DNA of 64,000 bases from the human T2T-CHM13v2.0 reference genome, Homo sapiens. The DNA is taken from assembly GCF_009914755.1 (NCBI RefSeq), contig NC_060930.1, one strand, 5' to 3'. This document shows positions 31,791-45,949 of this stretch, one piece after another. The number at the start of each line of letters is the position of its first letter. Positions within the stretch are counted from its first letter, which is position 1. The notes beneath the pieces are model-generated. The model had not been told where the DNA came from, made no database searches, and saw only the letters and a list, made by a program, of their open reading frames with translations. Both the position numbers and the translations under genes were made by a program.

Positions 31791-34159
31791 GGCAGAAATT
31801 ATAGAACTGTGCTGTCAGCCTTGAGCATGTCCTTATTTCCAATTGTTGTAGGACGTGTCTACCTAGATATTCTACCATCACCTGAAATCCAGCTTAATCT
31901 AATTCGAACTCATCAGTTTTTCACCCAAGATAATTTTCTTAACTCTCTCACAATTAACTGTGGCACTAAGACACCCACCTCTAGTCTCTAAGCAGTAGAG
32001 GTAAGCTTAGACTTTTCCTCTTCATTGTTATTGGTAAACTTGCCTATTATCATGTTCTGTAATGTCTTTCTTCAAAATTTCTCCAGTGAAAATTTCTAGG
32101 TGTCCAGAAATTTAGGCTTCAGTCCTGATTCTGTTGCTAACTGGGAAGTTGATCAACTTGTACAAACCATATAATCATTCTAAGTCCTAGCTTCTACCTC
32201 TGAAAAAAGAAGGACTTTGAATTAGTCAGCGGATTCCCTTCCAGATATTGAGTCATATATGTTCCTTCATTATTCTGAAGGGATTCTTTGTGATTCGTGT
32301 GTCTCCAAATGGATGTCCCGGCTTTTGGTGTCATTCCCACTCAATCTTATGCTTATAATTACCACCTGAAGCTTCCTTAAATGCACATCTTTCAAGAACT
32401 AACCTAATGACTTCCTTTTGCCTATCAAGTCTGCCTTGTTTGTCAGCTTACCAAGATTCTACAAAATGATTTCTACCTAGCCAAATGAATCCATCATTAC
32501 TTTTTAACATCATCCCTGATATACAGTCAGTAGACTTCTGACTGATTTCTCCTCAGAATTTAATCATGATCTTTACCCCCCTTGAAAATCTAGTACTCTT
32601 CCCTCTGAATCCTAAGTCATGTTTCAAATACCAACTCAAGTCCTGTCTTCCAGGGGGATTATCCTGAACCACTCCAAACGTCAGTGTTCTTGCCTCTGTT
32701 TCCAAGAGCATTTGTATTCTGTGGCATGATTTACCACTTAAATTTATTTATAGGCTTGGTTTTGAATGATTTCTGTGTGGGGACCACCTTCTGTGTCTGC
32801 CACAGCCTACCAGAGTGTGAAGCCCAACACACCATAAGTACAGGTTGGTTTACTGGCTTTCAGGAACACACATGTTACAATAAGGGACAGGCCATAACCG
32901 CAATGTTTGAAAAACCAAAACAAAATGACAAAGCCAGACTTCTGTCGGAGGGATGACTTGTAAGATGATAAAAAAAAAATTATACACCAGAACAGACATG
33001 GGAAATTGAAGAACTGAATTGGTCTATTAAATATAAAATTAACTCTTGAATTCTTTTTGGTTTATTTACATGCAATTGACAAATTGAGCACTTGGGGTTC
33101 AAATATCTTCATTACAAATTGTACATCTAAGAACTGAATCATCTATGCTACCACAATATCAGATCAGTTTTAAGAATGCCACTTTTAATTACTGGAGAAA
33201 TTAAGTACAATTTCAAACTTTATATTGTTTTACAGGTCAAAGTATAAAAATAGATTCCATGACTTTGTGAAGAAGGCAGCCACAAAGTAAACCATAACAT
33301 ACTTGGTTAGGTCCTTGGGTAAAATTTGGCTGAGTTTTGAAATGTGAATGCCTCTTTGAACTTCACAATTTATTTCTGTTACATTAGGATTCAAAAGAAA
33401 AGAGAACTTATTTGCTACACTTTATCTTTTCTCCATATCTGTCATCAAACACTTATCTGTTTTTGCAATTATTATTTAGGGTTTTTGTATTTTGTCAGGC
33501 ACCTTGAAGTAATTTTAATTATTATGACAAACATGTAGCATAAATACTCTATGATTCTATATGAATTTCTATATGACTTTCTCTGATATCTTTGAGTTTG
33601 TGGTTGTTGCCTACTTAAAAGAAAGTTTAGGCCATGTCACTGCCTTCAAAAAGTTTAAAGTCTTCTACATTAACAATGCACCACAGAGCAAAGACAGGCC
33701 AGCCTACATTCAGAATTTAAATTTAAACTCTCATGGGCCTAAGACAGGTTACTAAAGAGAATCATGATTCATATTCTTTGTTCTCTAAGGTGGAACAAGT
33801 GTCTAGACTCCTGAGAGCTGGATGTCAGCAGGCTTTAACACAGTGATTCTCAGTGTAGAAAAAGTGGTAGAAAGCTGCCTCAACGACTGAAAAACTGAGG
33901 GGGAAAAAGCTGTCTCCTAAAACACAGGAGACCCAGAGAAGACGAGGTATGGCAGAGACCTTGTGGTTTCCATCTGTTCAAGAAAAACTTGAGTAAACAT
34001 TTTAGTTGGTTTCCATTCCCTGCCCCATCTTGGTGTTTGTATACCATTCTCTGCATCTGCATTCTATATTCCTATTAACTGACAGAAATCTTCTTTTCTG
34101 TGATTTGAATGTGATTCTACAGCCCACTTGTCATATATGATAATAACACCATCATTGAT

Positions 34160-34340
34160 TAATGTTTTACAGTTGGCAAAGCACTTTTACAGATGTTATT
34201 GCATGTGACCCTTATGGTAAGCCTATGATGTAGGTAGGAAAGACATTATTTTACTCACAAATAATTTTAAGCTCAGAGTACTTGATTTATTGTGTCCAAG
34301 ATCATAGAGCTTATAGAATTATGTTGGAACTGGAACCTAA
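34160..34340 (-). mobile_element. MIR
   Basis: ttttacagttggcaaagcactttt..gctcagag..ccaagatcatagagct. Confidence 0.55.
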
Positions 34341-35433
34341 AATATTTCTATTATTCTTTAAGTTCTATTACCAACTTGCTAATGATGACATTTGTGGGTG
34401 ACTTTGATTGACGGAAAAATAGCAATAAAGATGTGAAAAGACTCCCATTCGTGGAAGAATAGGAATGAGGACTGAGAGTCCCCCTGTGGTCCTTTTCTGA
34501 TTTAATCATAGAATTGTAGGATTTGATAATTAATAAACCAATGGGTGGGTATCATTTTTTAATATACAAAAAGCCCTACACTTACCTGAGCTCTTGATTT
34601 AGGAGACCCTGGAGAAAAATATATATTGTTTCCAAATAGTTTCAGAGAGGGGGCTCTAGTTTCTCTCAATATAACCCTTTCTGGTCTTAAGTTCCTTTAT
34701 CACCAAATACTCATTTCTATCTAACCCAAATCCTGACTGCTGTCATTTGAGCCCAAATCCTTTTGTTCAGTAGGAGCTAGTGTAAACTTTTTATTTATAG
34801 CTTTGGAAAGGTGCAGGAAATATATTTGAATGATTTCTGACTGCTGACAAGCCCTAACAACCGATAGTCCTAGGCACTGAACTGAATGTCTCTTGGCAGG
34901 GACGGCTATTTTGAGGGGAAAAGACAGAAACCGGCAAGAAAAGTTTTTTCATGCAGGTGTGATTTTATGATGGAATGTTATGACAGAAACCAACCAAGTG
35001 TCCTTTGTATGGTTTACGATGTCATCAGCTCCTAGGCTGAGATTTCTTTCTCATTACTCATGTTTATTTGGCTTAGAGCAAATTAAAAATCAGACAAGGA
35101 AATTGTAATATAATTTTGATTTTGCAGATGTAATCTGATTCCTGAGCAACTTGAGATAAGTTTGCTTCTTTTATTTGTGCTATTGAATTATGTTCTTAAA
35201 AATGTTTTTGCTTCACGAAGGTGGAAATTGTTCTTTGTCTGTATGGCTTGTGCAATTTTGAGCACTCTATCACCACTTGATATTAACAGCAAACAAGAAA
35301 TGCTCTGCATATTACAGTTATTTTTCTAGCTTCAAAGAGTTTAAAGGTAGGATTTAAAAAAATCAGTTTACTCTGAAGAAAAAATTGCAGCTGGAATTCT
35401 CTCATTGTGGTACACACTGATGCATTTCTTTGA

Positions 35434-35743
<310 letters not shown>

Positions 35744-36442
35744 AATATTGTTTTTTTCAATCTTACAGTAAATGGGGTAAAATTCATGGAAACAGTTTTT
35801 TTTTTTCTTCCCTCCTGGAGTTCCAGTTTGTTATCATGCCACGGTAAATGCCGGAAACAGGTATCCCTTTAAGAGCAATTGTAGTCTTCACACCTTTCTT
35901 ATGAGTGGTTACCTTGCCATTGTAACTTGTGACCCTGCCCCCAACCAAATCTGAATGGACTTGTTGTGAGCATCTGGCCAAAAGGCAGCATCTATAGGCA
36001 GATTAGTCTATATCTTTTGATGTTTACCTCTCAATTCCTCTACCCTAATGTTTTATAAGCAGCATGTGTGCACATATGTACACATACACGATTACTTTTC
36101 CTACATCTCCAGGTCCTCCTTATTATCTATTTGTAACCCTATGCAATCCACTTACTAGCCAGTGCCTGACTTTCTACTTTTCTTTGCAAATTTGCTTCCT
36201 ATGGCATTGTGCACTCCTTCTCCCTTTTCTCAGCCCCTCCTTTCACCCATCACAAGCATTTCCAAATTAAAAAAAAAAAAATTAGAAATTGGTATCTGTG
36301 AATGTCATTTCAAAGTTTAATAGCAGTTGTGAGTGGATAGCATCTCTGCTTGGCATATGAGCATTAGATATGACTCAACCTTGAGTCATGGACGTATAAA
36401 GCATGTATTCAAATCAATTTTCTTTTTGTCAGTATCTCTTGC

Positions 36443-36807
36443 AGTTATTGATTGAATTGTATCCTCTCCAAATTCATATGTGGAAGTGCTAACTCCCAAT
36501 GTAACTATATTTGGGATGGTGACTTCAAGGAGGTGATGAAGGTTAAATGAGGTAATAAGGGTGGGGCCCTAATCTAAAAGGACTGGTGTCATAAGAAGAG
36601 ACATCAGGAGCACGCATGCACAGAGAAAAGGCTATGTGAGGACACAGTGGGAGGACGTCACCTGCAAGCCAGGAAGAGAGGACTCGCCAGAAACCTACCC
36701 TGCTGGCATATTGGACTTTCATATTCCAGATCTGTGATAAAATAAATTTTATTTATTTAAGCCACTAGTCTGTGGTATTTGTATGGCAGTCTTAGCAGAC
36801 TAATACA
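36443..36807 (+). mobile_element. MaLR solo LTR (MLT1A/B-like)
   Basis: aaattcatatgtggaagtgctaactccc..ggttaaatgagg..tgtgaggacacag..aataaa..gtctgtggtattt..gactaataca. Confidence 0.85.
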
Positions 36808-37038
36808 CTTAGATAAGGCTTGAGTTTCAAAACATGATTTTAGTAGAATTAGACTTGAACAACTCAAAATGATATACTTAATTCTGATCAGCATCATTGT
36901 TGATACATAATTGATTCAATCCTGTTATTATGACACCTGGGGGCTGTAAGTTAAACACTGATTTTAGTGGGAATGTGATTAGACCTTTGGCCCATTGTTC
37001 ATATGTGCTAGGTAATTAAGTTAAAAATACTTGTTCAA

Positions 37039-37424
<386 letters not shown>

Positions 37425-37859
37425 TCAATCTCTGACTTAGGAATAATATTGATTTTGATCAGAAACTGTAAATATTCATGACCTAGTACCCTTACTTAAG
37501 AGGATATATGATATAACATGATCTATCTAGCTTGGGGTTTCAAGGTGATTGTTGATGATTGCTCTATTAGTGATTGGTTTTTTTAAACTTGAGTCTGTAA
37601 CCTCATTAATTTAGCTGGTATATAGAGAGCACATATTGAAAATCAAGTTCAGCTTTAAAAATGATAAAATAAAAAATTTGAAAATATAAATTGTAAGTTA
37701 CATTTCACATACACAACACAAATCAGAGGCTCAGACATATAATGTAGGTTTAAGTTTGATTCTAGTACTTGTAACACGAGATAACTTTTGGCGATGATTC
37801 ATGCACCTGTGCACAGCCTTGTAAGATATGCCTATGCCTTCTCTGAAGCTCTCTGCAGG

Positions 37860-38260
37860 GGACTGTATCAGCCAGGCTTCAGCCAGCAAGCAGAGGCCCT
37901 ATGAGTATCATGGAAATAAGAGATTTCTTATAGGAATTAGATATGACACAAATGTGGGAGGAACTGGGGAAGTAAGGTCCAGAGGAGGAGTTGGAGGATC
38001 AGAGAAGGAGTCACTAGCCAGTATGTCTGAAGTACTGGCCATGATGGATAAGGGCGAGCTGGCAGGGAAATCTATGTTGCCTAATCTGAGAAGGCAAGCA
38101 CATGCAGCTGCCTCAGTAGGACCAGGGAGAAGTGTGTGACTACTTTCCAAGAGTCAAGGCTGTTGCTTTACCTCTGTCTTCCAAATCTCACACAAGTTCC
38201 TCTTTTGGCCAACTTTAACCTGGAAGCTTCGGGGTTCTCAGCTTAACCAAGTTGACATAG
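37860..38260. mobile_element. Probable old ERVL/MaLR-type LTR
   Basis: Starts tgtatcagccagg and ends ..taaccaagttgacata..caca, with a general LTR-like style. Family not assigned. Confidence 0.35.
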
Positions 38261-38593
38261 TACAGCACAGCCTAGCACAAGACTATCAGTTTCTACAGGG
38301 TTCTGTAGACAGAGATGATGCTTGTGGTGTAGAACCTGCATCATTCTAGGGCTACCACTTGAGGGCCATTGAAAGGTATGCCGGCTAACAAATATCCCCT
38401 GCCCTGTGGTACACTTGCTAACAAATATCTTCTGAACTGTCTTCACTGGTGCCCACAGTTCTCACCATGAGTCTCTATTTTGGGTTAGGGTATTATGCTC
38501 ATAAAAATTCCCAGTAAAAAAGAAAAATCTTACTGAGAGAGTTAATACATGAAACCTATTACTTCATGATATATTAAAATACTTGATCACCAC

Positions 38594-38918
38594 CCAGGCA
38601 TGGTGGCTCATGCCTGTAATCCCAGCACTTTGGGAGGCTGAGGCAGGTGGATCACCTGAGGTCAGGAGTTTGAGACCAGCCTGGCCAACATGGTGAAACC
38701 CTATCTCTACTAAAAATACAAAAATTAGCCGGCGTGGTGGCACACACCTGTAATCCCAGCTGAGGAGGCCTACTCAGGAGACTGAGATAGGAGGATAGTT
38801 TGAATCTGGGTGGTGGAGGCTTTAGTGAGCTGAGCTCGAGCCACTCTACTCCAACCTGGGTGACAGTGAGACCCAGTCTCAAACAAACAAACAAACAAAT
38901 AAACAAACAAACAACAAA
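38594..38918 (+). mobile_element. Alu (S-like left arm, J-like right arm)
   Basis: Full dimer with an (AAAC)n tail. TSD acttgatc[a/g]cc. Confidence 0.9.
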
Positions 38919-40854
38919 CTTGATCGCCTTGCTGGTCCAACATCTGAGAAGCTTTGGGTGGAGGAAATGGCAAAAGCTCTAGTGTTATTTCAGAGGATAA
39001 GGGTGGTGGAAGCCCCTAAACATATAGGAAGTAAATAAATGGAGAAGAAAGGATGTAAAAATGGAATATGCCCACTTAACCTTACTTCCTACTAATAATT
39101 TGCTTAGAAGTCACCTCTCCACTATACTGCTCAAGGATAAAATTACAAATAGTATTTGTGAGATGTTAATATTCATATTTAGGTCCATGAAGTTAACTCT
39201 GGAATCATTTTCAGTTTGAAAAGGTATGTGTTTGTGCAATGATTTGTTCTTTGGTCTCTGGAAAAATCAACTTATGTTCAGGTTGTCCAGTTTTCACAGA
39301 TATTATTTTAATTTAGTTTTGCCTGATTCTGTCATAAATCTTGGAATCAAACTTTAGGACCGGCGTGTTTATTAGGTTTCCCTTCTTTTCCCTCCCTGTC
39401 CTTTATTTTCTTTTCTGATGTGATTCTTTAAACAAAATGCAGTGGTGATTTCTGTCTCTGACCTCTGGCAAACTGTGGTCTCCTGCAAATTGGCTTAAGT
39501 GCTCTCCCTTCAGTGGGCAAGATAACAGAGACAGAGGCACCTGGAGACAGCTACTCATGTTCTGGTGACTGTGAGATGTGATGTACAAGAGCAAAATTAG
39601 GCAAACATGATAGATTGACATTGAGGACACTTGAGATGAACAACTTCTTCTAGTTTAAACATGCGACAGCAAGATAAATGAGTAAGGAAAATTGACAGTC
39701 ACTTATACCTGCAGGCATCAGCAGCCATCTCAGCTAGGCTGCTGACAAAAGGTCGCAGCTCACCTGCCATGGAGACAGCCAACAGTGAGGCTACAAATAA
39801 TTTGTTTTAAAACATTGTTTAGATACTTCATACTGTTTGGTGACAGAGGAGTGTCTGATTTCCTCTCCCTCATCCTCTCCCACCCCTTGACTCTTTAGCT
39901 CACTTGCGAGTATGCACGTGCCCTCTCTTTCTAAAATCATGCAGAAGCAATAAATCAGCCAGTTTAGGAAGACCCAGCCAGCCCAACACAGATCGATTTC
40001 ACAGGGAAGTCGATGGGCTGCTAATAGAATTACAACTACCTGTCAAAACAGGAAAAACATATCTGTGACAGTGACAAAGGGCAAATCAATTTAAGAAGAG
40101 GTTTTTTCTTCCAGAAACATAGATGTGGAGTACATGGATGTCTCTGAGAGTCTGTAATTGTGAATAGAAACTATATACTTGGACCGTTACAGCTCAGGTT
40201 ATGTCAATGATTCTGGGAGAGCATACTGACTCCTTTTGCTTTTTATTCTAGGGGTTTGCCTGGTAACTGTAACAATTTGCTCTGTAATAGAATATAGCAG
40301 AGAGCAGCTGCCTGAAAACACATTTTATTAACTGTGTTACCCAAATAAGTTGGCCTGGTCCATTAAATAAGTTATATTTCCACAAACTTTCTATTTTCAT
40401 ATGTTTGTGGAAATTTAGACAAGGAGCTGTGCATTGCCAAGGATATCAGTCTGGCAAATCTTTATCTTGTAAGTCAACTTGATCATTTTCAGAGACCCTA
40501 TAAAACTGCGGTAATGTGTCTTTTACTAGCAGCAACTTCTATGTTCAGGCTTAGTTTCTTGCAAAGGGAATCTTAATCCTGAGTACAACTGCCAAGTTAA
40601 ACCCATTGTGACTTAATGTGGGGCTCTTTTAGGTCAATGACTAAATTTTTAAATATTTAATATGCATGAATTTAGCCCAGAACCATGGATTTTCTGCAAA
40701 ACAAACAAAAAGTGATTCTATGTGACAACAGAATCTGACTTGTCATTGTAATCAGGAAATGCACTGGGCTGCATAGTCACCAAAGCTCAGTAACCAAATG
40801 TAGCCCTAGTAAGCATGTTGCTGCTCCCTTACTAGAGCAGAGCTGCTGTGTGAC

Positions 40855-41030
40855 AATATAGACAGGTTAAGAAACATGGTTGTGGAATCAGGTACGTCTG
40901 TGTTCTGGTCTGCTACCTGCCACTTCGCTGCATGACTTGGGTAAGGTGCTTAACCCCTCCAAGCCTGTTTCCCGTTTCCCATTCTGTACCGTGGGGCTAG
41001 TAATAGTGCTAACCTCATACAGTTGTTACC
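40855..41030 (+). mobile_element. MIR
   Basis: ctgccacttcgctgcatgacttgggtaagg..cttaacc..ctgtaccgtgggg. Confidence 0.65.
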
Positions 41031-41788
41031 GTATATATCCATGGCCCGACTATGCAGAAGGAGGAAACTGTGACATCACTCATTCCTGTAATCTTCCTTC
41101 TACTTATGACTAGACCAAGCAGAGAATGATCCAACTGGCTTTTTTTGTTTTTGTTTTTGCTCTAGGAAATCAGGTGATGGCTTCTCAGGCTGTGTTTAAG
41201 TTAACAGATGTATAAGAAGAACTATGTCCTCTCTCCTCCCCTTTATATGCATACCCTTCCCTTGACATGTATCTCAAGGATTTTACATGTTCTTCTATTG
41301 TCATTTCCACCTCTACCTTTAGAGAACTGTCTCACCCTTTGGCCTTCACAGCCTGGGAAATTAGGGAAGGGGGGACAGCGAACTGCATGGTATTAACTCT
41401 GGTACCTTGTGTTTGCTGGGTGGTGGCTTTTTGCCTGGCATTGAGGGCCAATGATTCATCCTCCTGGCTCAACCTGACCTTGCTGACTATAGCTGTCATG
41501 TGTATAAACTTATTTCCTTCCCCATCCCGCAGTGGGGTGAAAAATAAATGCAAGAACAAGATTTTAATTACTTTCCAAGTGTGTTAGATATAGTAAATGA
41601 CATTTAAAAAATTCTCCTCTTCCAGACTGTACGCTGATCAGAGTTGCATTCCACAAGGACTTAGTAATAAGACTGTGGTTGGCCCAACTGTTTCAGAATG
41701 ATGCCTGGAAAGATGGGCGATAACCTAGTATGTTCCTCCAATCTCAGCTTACAATGGCATACTCTCACTTGGGTCCAAACTCTGTTAG

Positions 41789-42185
<397 letters not shown>

Positions 42186-42259
42186 TAGAGCTACTGTATT
42201 AGCATCATTGCTTGATATGGAAAAATATTGACTGTAGCCTACCTTCTTGTTCTACCTCA

Positions 42260-42603
<344 letters not shown>

Positions 42604-44569
42604 AACCTCATGAGAAGGTACTGTAATGCATCTATGTGTATAAAGACAAAAATGCAAGTTTGTCTTGTTATTAATAAAACAAAGTATAATTAGTCTGGAT
42701 GTACAATTAGGATAATTATGTGGATTCCATCCTTAGGACATGTTTATATTGTTACCCTGGGTCTACATCTTCATCATGATAGTGGACCTGTTTAATTCTC
42801 GGAGGGATGAGATACAAGGATAGCCTGTGGGCTCATTGTAGGATATTTTAAGTATGATAGAGACCGAGGAAGAGTGCTGAGTGATTTCAGATCTCTGTTA
42901 GCCCCTGCACTGAAGCTCTTTGTGTAAGCCTACACACCCTGCCTCAAATTCCTCTTGCTCTAAAAAGGGGAGAATCTAAAGATGGTGCTTGAAAGGGTTG
43001 CCAAAATCTTAGCTTTGTGGTGGAGATGTCTTCCACCAATCTCATCACATGAAACCAGAACCAAAGGTGTTTCTAAACGAAGGTTCAGAAGAACAAATGC
43101 ATCTGGACTGATATCTGGGCAAGGCATCAGGCCTTCCACCTGGTTTCTGAGAAGAAAGTGCTCGTGGCTCAAGCCAGGTGACAAGCGTTCACTTCCCACC
43201 TCCGTGTCTTGTAGTCTGTTTGATGTTTGGCTTGTAACTTAAACCAACCACCTCTGCCTTAAGTTTACAGTACACCAAGTGGAGGGGAAAAGTTGCTGTG
43301 TTGCAAATGATAGAAGGCATTTTTTTAAGTTTAAAAATGTATGTAATGATTCTTAGTTTTTAGAACTACAGGCAAGAACACGAGGAGGCTCCGTGGTTCT
43401 GCAGTTGGTGCAGTAATTTCCTTCTCTGCAGGTTCTCTTCTCTTCTTCCTCCACGCCAGGGGCCTGTTGTGGCTATCTCCTCTAGCGCAGAGCTAAGATC
43501 ATCTAAGGAATACTGGTTAATTGCTGAGCAGCTAATCAGAATTGTAGGGTCAGCGATAACAGGCAACAACATGCTCATGTTCGAAAACAGCAGGATGTGA
43601 CAAAAGCAATTTATCTTGATAAATGCACTTCGGAAATCTATTGAGCTTATTTTGTCTCCCTTGGGCTCTGTCTGTTCATCTTCATCTGCCCCTTTCAGTT
43701 TCTGCGTCGGTCCCTTCTTTGATTTTGTTTCTTGGTATCCCGTGTTGCTGTCTGGTGCTCCTGGTTGCTTTTCCTTTGTAGTAGCTGTCATGCAGAGAGG
43801 ACTATGAGGATTCTTTTCCTTTGGGTCCCCTTTTCCTTTTTTTCTCCTCTCATCTTATTTTCTTTGCTTTTCCTTCCTCATCTTCTTCTTCCGTCCCTTA
43901 ACACCAACATTTGTTTTTCTTTCCCCACTGTTAAAACTGAAGTACTGTGGGTGCTATTCACCACAATTCCATGGCTTGTGTTTCAGCTGCTTCCGTAAGA
44001 CCCCTGGCTCCTCCAACAAGGACTAAGGCAATTGTTTCTGTGTAAATCTAATTTTGAAAGGGGAGGAAGAATGCCTCACCTGAGCTCACATGTGGCACCC
44101 TTGTGGTCCCCTGTTGGGCTCTCCTTGAGCTCTAGAGCTTGTTGTGGAGTTCCCTGAGAATAGAACTCCACTTCTGCTGCCCATGCCATCAGTGGCCACC
44201 CTGCACCAGGTGCCAGCTCTGGAGACTGTGAGTGGCTGCTGTGCCTGGGTGGTGCACTGTCCCTGTGGCTGCCGCTGTGTTGGGTCCTCCTCAGAAGTGG
44301 GGAGGATGTCCTATGCCCCGCCTTGGGCCACACGTTTTATTCAAGGACTGGAGCAATTTTCTGAGTGCATCTAATAGGGTCCCACAAGGAAAGAGATGGC
44401 GCAAGCGGAAGGGGTTGCTGGGGAGAATTTGAAGGAGGCACTATTTTCAGTGGTGTTATTAATTAGTGGTTCACAAAACATTTTTGTTGCCTTATAAGTA
44501 ATGATTACATAATAACTATAATCACACATATATATCCAACATATGTTGTATATACCAATGAGATCACTG

Positions 44570-44880
44570 AAAAATATTTGAGGCTTTCTTTGTGACTTAA
44601 AATCAAATCTCAAATCCTTTATATGTTGTACAAGGTCCCCGGCCCCTCCCTCCCTATCCAGGCTGATCTTCATTCTTTCCCTCCACCTCTAAACTTTGCC
44701 TTCCTTGTGTTTTGCAAAGCTGGACCAACTGTTTTCCTCTTCAGGACCTTTGTACATGTTGGCCTCTGCCTGGAGCAAGCTTCCCCCCGGGCCCTGCTTG
44801 CCTTCACCTGGCGGACTCACTTCTCACGTTGCAGTGTCATTTTCATAGAATATTTCGACACACTTTCATAACACCACCTA
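44570..44880 (+). mobile_element. L2 fragment
   Basis: aaatccttt..caggacctttgtacatg..ctctgcctgga typical of L2. Confidence 0.5.
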
Positions 44881-45203
44881 CATTTTCTTCACAGAACCCT
44901 TGACAAATGACAAATAAAACAAGGTAACAGACAATCCTCGCATGAATCAATGATGATTGTGATCCATCTAACTCTGACTTTGTAAGCTTTGGTGGGAGGT
45001 GGGGGTGGGTGGGTTTATTGATATAATTTGTGTTATTGTTTACTATCCATCCCCCCAACAACATGACTGTGGGGATCATGCTTGTTTTTGTATAGTGGTG
45101 TTTTCCCAGGCCTAACACATAATGAACTAAGTACTCACTATACACCGGTTGCTTTACTTATGTTTGTGTGGGTCACTTCAGTTTTTACCATAATTCCATC
45201 AGG

Positions 45204-45395
45204 CAGGGGTTGGCAAACTGCTGTCCACAGGCCAAATGTGACCCATCAACTGTTTTTGTCAGCAAAGTTTTATTAGAACATGGCCGTGTCAATTTGTTTA
45301 TGCATTGTCTATGCCAGCTTTTGTGCTCCAAAGGCAGAGTTGAGTAGTTACAATAGGGACCATTTTGTCTGCAAATCTGAAAATATTTGCTCCTG
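45204..45395. mobile_element. MER58A-like hAT MITE
   Basis: caggggttggcaaact..ggccaaat..aaagttttattagaaca..ggcagagttgagtagtt..aaaatatttg. Confidence 0.8.
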
Positions 45396-45949
45396 TTACA
45401 AGGTAATGTGGAATCTCCATTTTCTGGATGAGAAAACTGAGGATCAAAAGTTTCAGTAACTTCCTCATACCTAGATTTCAAGTGGCATAACTCAGATTCA
45501 GAATCACCACATCTTCTTTTATCATTTTTCTCCACAAACCAGACCTTTTTGCTGATATGTATTTTTAGGAGACTAAATTTCCACAGGGGAGATGACATTT
45601 GGTCTAGGTCTTAAAGGAAAAGTGGGAATTCAGCAATGGACAAGAGAGTACAAAATATTCTAGGCTGAGATGCAGAGGTATAAGAGAGCTTGGTGTGTTT
45701 ATGAGATAGCTTGTCAGACTGATCAAAACATGGCAGTGTTTTGTGGTCGTGGGGGAAGTGTGGGAAAATTGACAGAAAAGGAGGCAGTTAGAGTAGGAGG
45801 AACCTGCCAGACCAGGAAGCCTGAACTTGAGCTTCCAAGCCTGTGGCCTCTGCTTTGCTTATACATTTTCTCTGTTTGTCAAAGTTTGAGCTTTTGTTCC
45901 AATATCTTTATTTTCCATAAATTATCTATATGTATCACTATATTAATAC

